Shown here: one piece after another, positions 63,211-64,000 of the stretch
How the letters are laid out: the number at the start of each line of letters is the position of its first letter
Position numbering within the stretch: the stretch's first letter is position 1
NCBI GenBank assembly: GCA_018711995.1
Contig: DVHO01000104.1
Span: 18,367-82,366, forward strand
From: Candidatus Pelethousia gallinarum
GTDB taxonomy: Bacteria > Bacillota > Clostridia > Christensenellales > CAG-138
Length of the DNA stretch: 64,000 nucleotides
Reading direction: 5' to 3'
The notes under the pieces: model-generated
Database searches by the model: none
What the model saw: the letters and a program-made list of their open reading frames with translations, nothing else
Told to the model about the DNA's origin: nothing
Position numbers and translations under genes: made by a program

Positions 63211-64000
63211 TTATTCCAAAAAATCCTTGAGTTTCTTGCTCCGGGAGGGGTGGCGCAGCTTCCTGAGGGCCTTGGCCTCGATCTGCCGGATGCGCTCCCG
63301 GGTCACGTTGAACTCCCGGCCCACTTCCTCCAGGGTGCGGGCCTTGCCGTCGTCCAGGCCAAAGCGGAGCCGCAGTACTTTTTCCTCCCGGGGGGTCAGG
63401 GTGTCCAGCACCTCCATCAGCTGCTCCTTAAGCAGGGTAAACGCCGCCTGCTCCGCCGGGGCGGGGGCGTCGTCATCCGGGATGAAATCCCCCAGATGGC
63501 TATCCTCCTCCTCGCCGATGGGGGTCTCTAAGGAAACGGGCTCCTGGGCTACCTTGATGATCTCCCGAACCTTCTCCTCGGAGATGCCCATCTCCCGGGC
63601 GATCTCATCGGGGCGAGGGTCCCGGCCATAATCCTGTAAAAGCTGCCGGTTGACCCGGATGAGCTTATTGATGGTTTCCACCATGTGGACGGGGATGCGG
63701 ATGGTACGGGCTTGGTCAGCGATGGCCCGGGTAATGGCCTGCCGGATCCACCAGGTGGCATAGGTGGAAAATTTGTAACCCTTCCGGTAATCAAATTTCT
63801 CCACTGCCTTGATCAGGCCCAAATTCCCTTCCTGGATCAGATCCAAAAAGAGCATGCCCCGGCCCACATAACGCTTGGCCACGGACACCACCAACCGAAG
63901 GTTGGCTTCCGCCAGCTTCTGTTTGGCCTCCTGGTCCCCTTCCGCCATGCGTTTGGCCAAATCGATCTCCTCCTGGGCGGACAAAAGCTGGACCTTGCCG
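63211..64000 (-). CDS. rpoD: Primary RNA polymerase sigma factor RpoD/SigA (C-terminal ~263 codons; 5' end beyond the right edge)
   Basis: [75 protein letters not shown]...[30 protein letters not shown] is a near-consensus group-1 sigma sequence. The frame remains open at nt 64000. Confidence 0.95.
   Translation of the reverse strand, partial: GKVQLLSAQEEIDLAKRMAEGDQEAKQKLAEANLRLVVSVAKRYVGRGMLFLDLIQEGNLGLIKAVEKFDYRKGYKFSTYATWWIRQAITRAIADQARTIRIPVHMVETINKLIRVNRQLLQDYGRDPRPDEIAREMGISEEKVREIIKVAQEPVSLETPIGEEEDSHLGDFIPDDDAPAPAEQAAFTLLKEQLMEVLDTLTPREEKVLRLRFGLDDGKARTLEEVGREFNVTRERIRQIEAKALRKLRHPSRSKKLKDFLE

Noticed and set aside
1-64000. A scan for CRISPR arrays, IS or transposon ends, integrases, prophage genes, tRNA/rRNA genes, and defence-island signatures
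   Set aside because: None was seen. The only repeats are short coding repeats (EEAPxx and heptad blocks) and terminator or palindromic hairpins. Gene content is housekeeping and sporulation-related throughout.

Overview
By eye this is a GC-rich (about 60%, not computed) chromosomal segment from a spore-forming Firmicute. Gene content suggests Clostridia, possibly Oscillospiraceae-like, but that is a guess. It looks like core genome. I found no CRISPR array, transposase, integrase, prophage gene or tRNA/rRNA. I call about 57 protein genes, mostly on the minus strand.

Genes in window order:
- pcrA (5' part), a secreted unknown protein, and a T-box-controlled pheS-pheT-patB unit.
- A beta-CASP MBL RNase-like gene, a SEC-C protein and icd.
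- A tight ddl / Mur-ligase / alpha-beta hydrolase / GlmU-like module, then a CDF transporter.
- yaaL-bofA, a THF-riboswitch-controlled folT, and several envelope proteins.
- nifS-thiI, and mcsA-mcsB-clpC with no ctsR.
- An amidase, mrp and htrA.
- A 12-kb nine-gene array that starts with cdaA-cdaR.
- A gerA-type germinant receptor operon, PBP1A, yunB, spoIIAA-spoIIAB-sigF, and the 3' part of rpoD.

The observations most worth a second look:
1. The cdaA-led array lacks glmM. It runs into an uncharacterised lipoprotein, beta-propeller, MacB-type ABC transporter and heptad-repeat protein set.
2. A MurF-like ligase has its N-terminal domain replaced by a polytopic membrane domain. It is coupled to a GlmU paralog whose uridyltransferase motifs are degenerate.
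3. An orphan, highly structured ~250-nt GC-rich intergenic block at 9.7-9.96 kb, which I could not assign to a known RNA class.
4. A nested ~140-bp G/C palindrome at 37.84-37.97 kb.
5. A domain of unknown function shared by two peptidoglycan-binding proteins that flank PBP1A and yunB.

Nothing here is demonstrably a new system. All functional statements rest on motif recognition and inference, without database searches.
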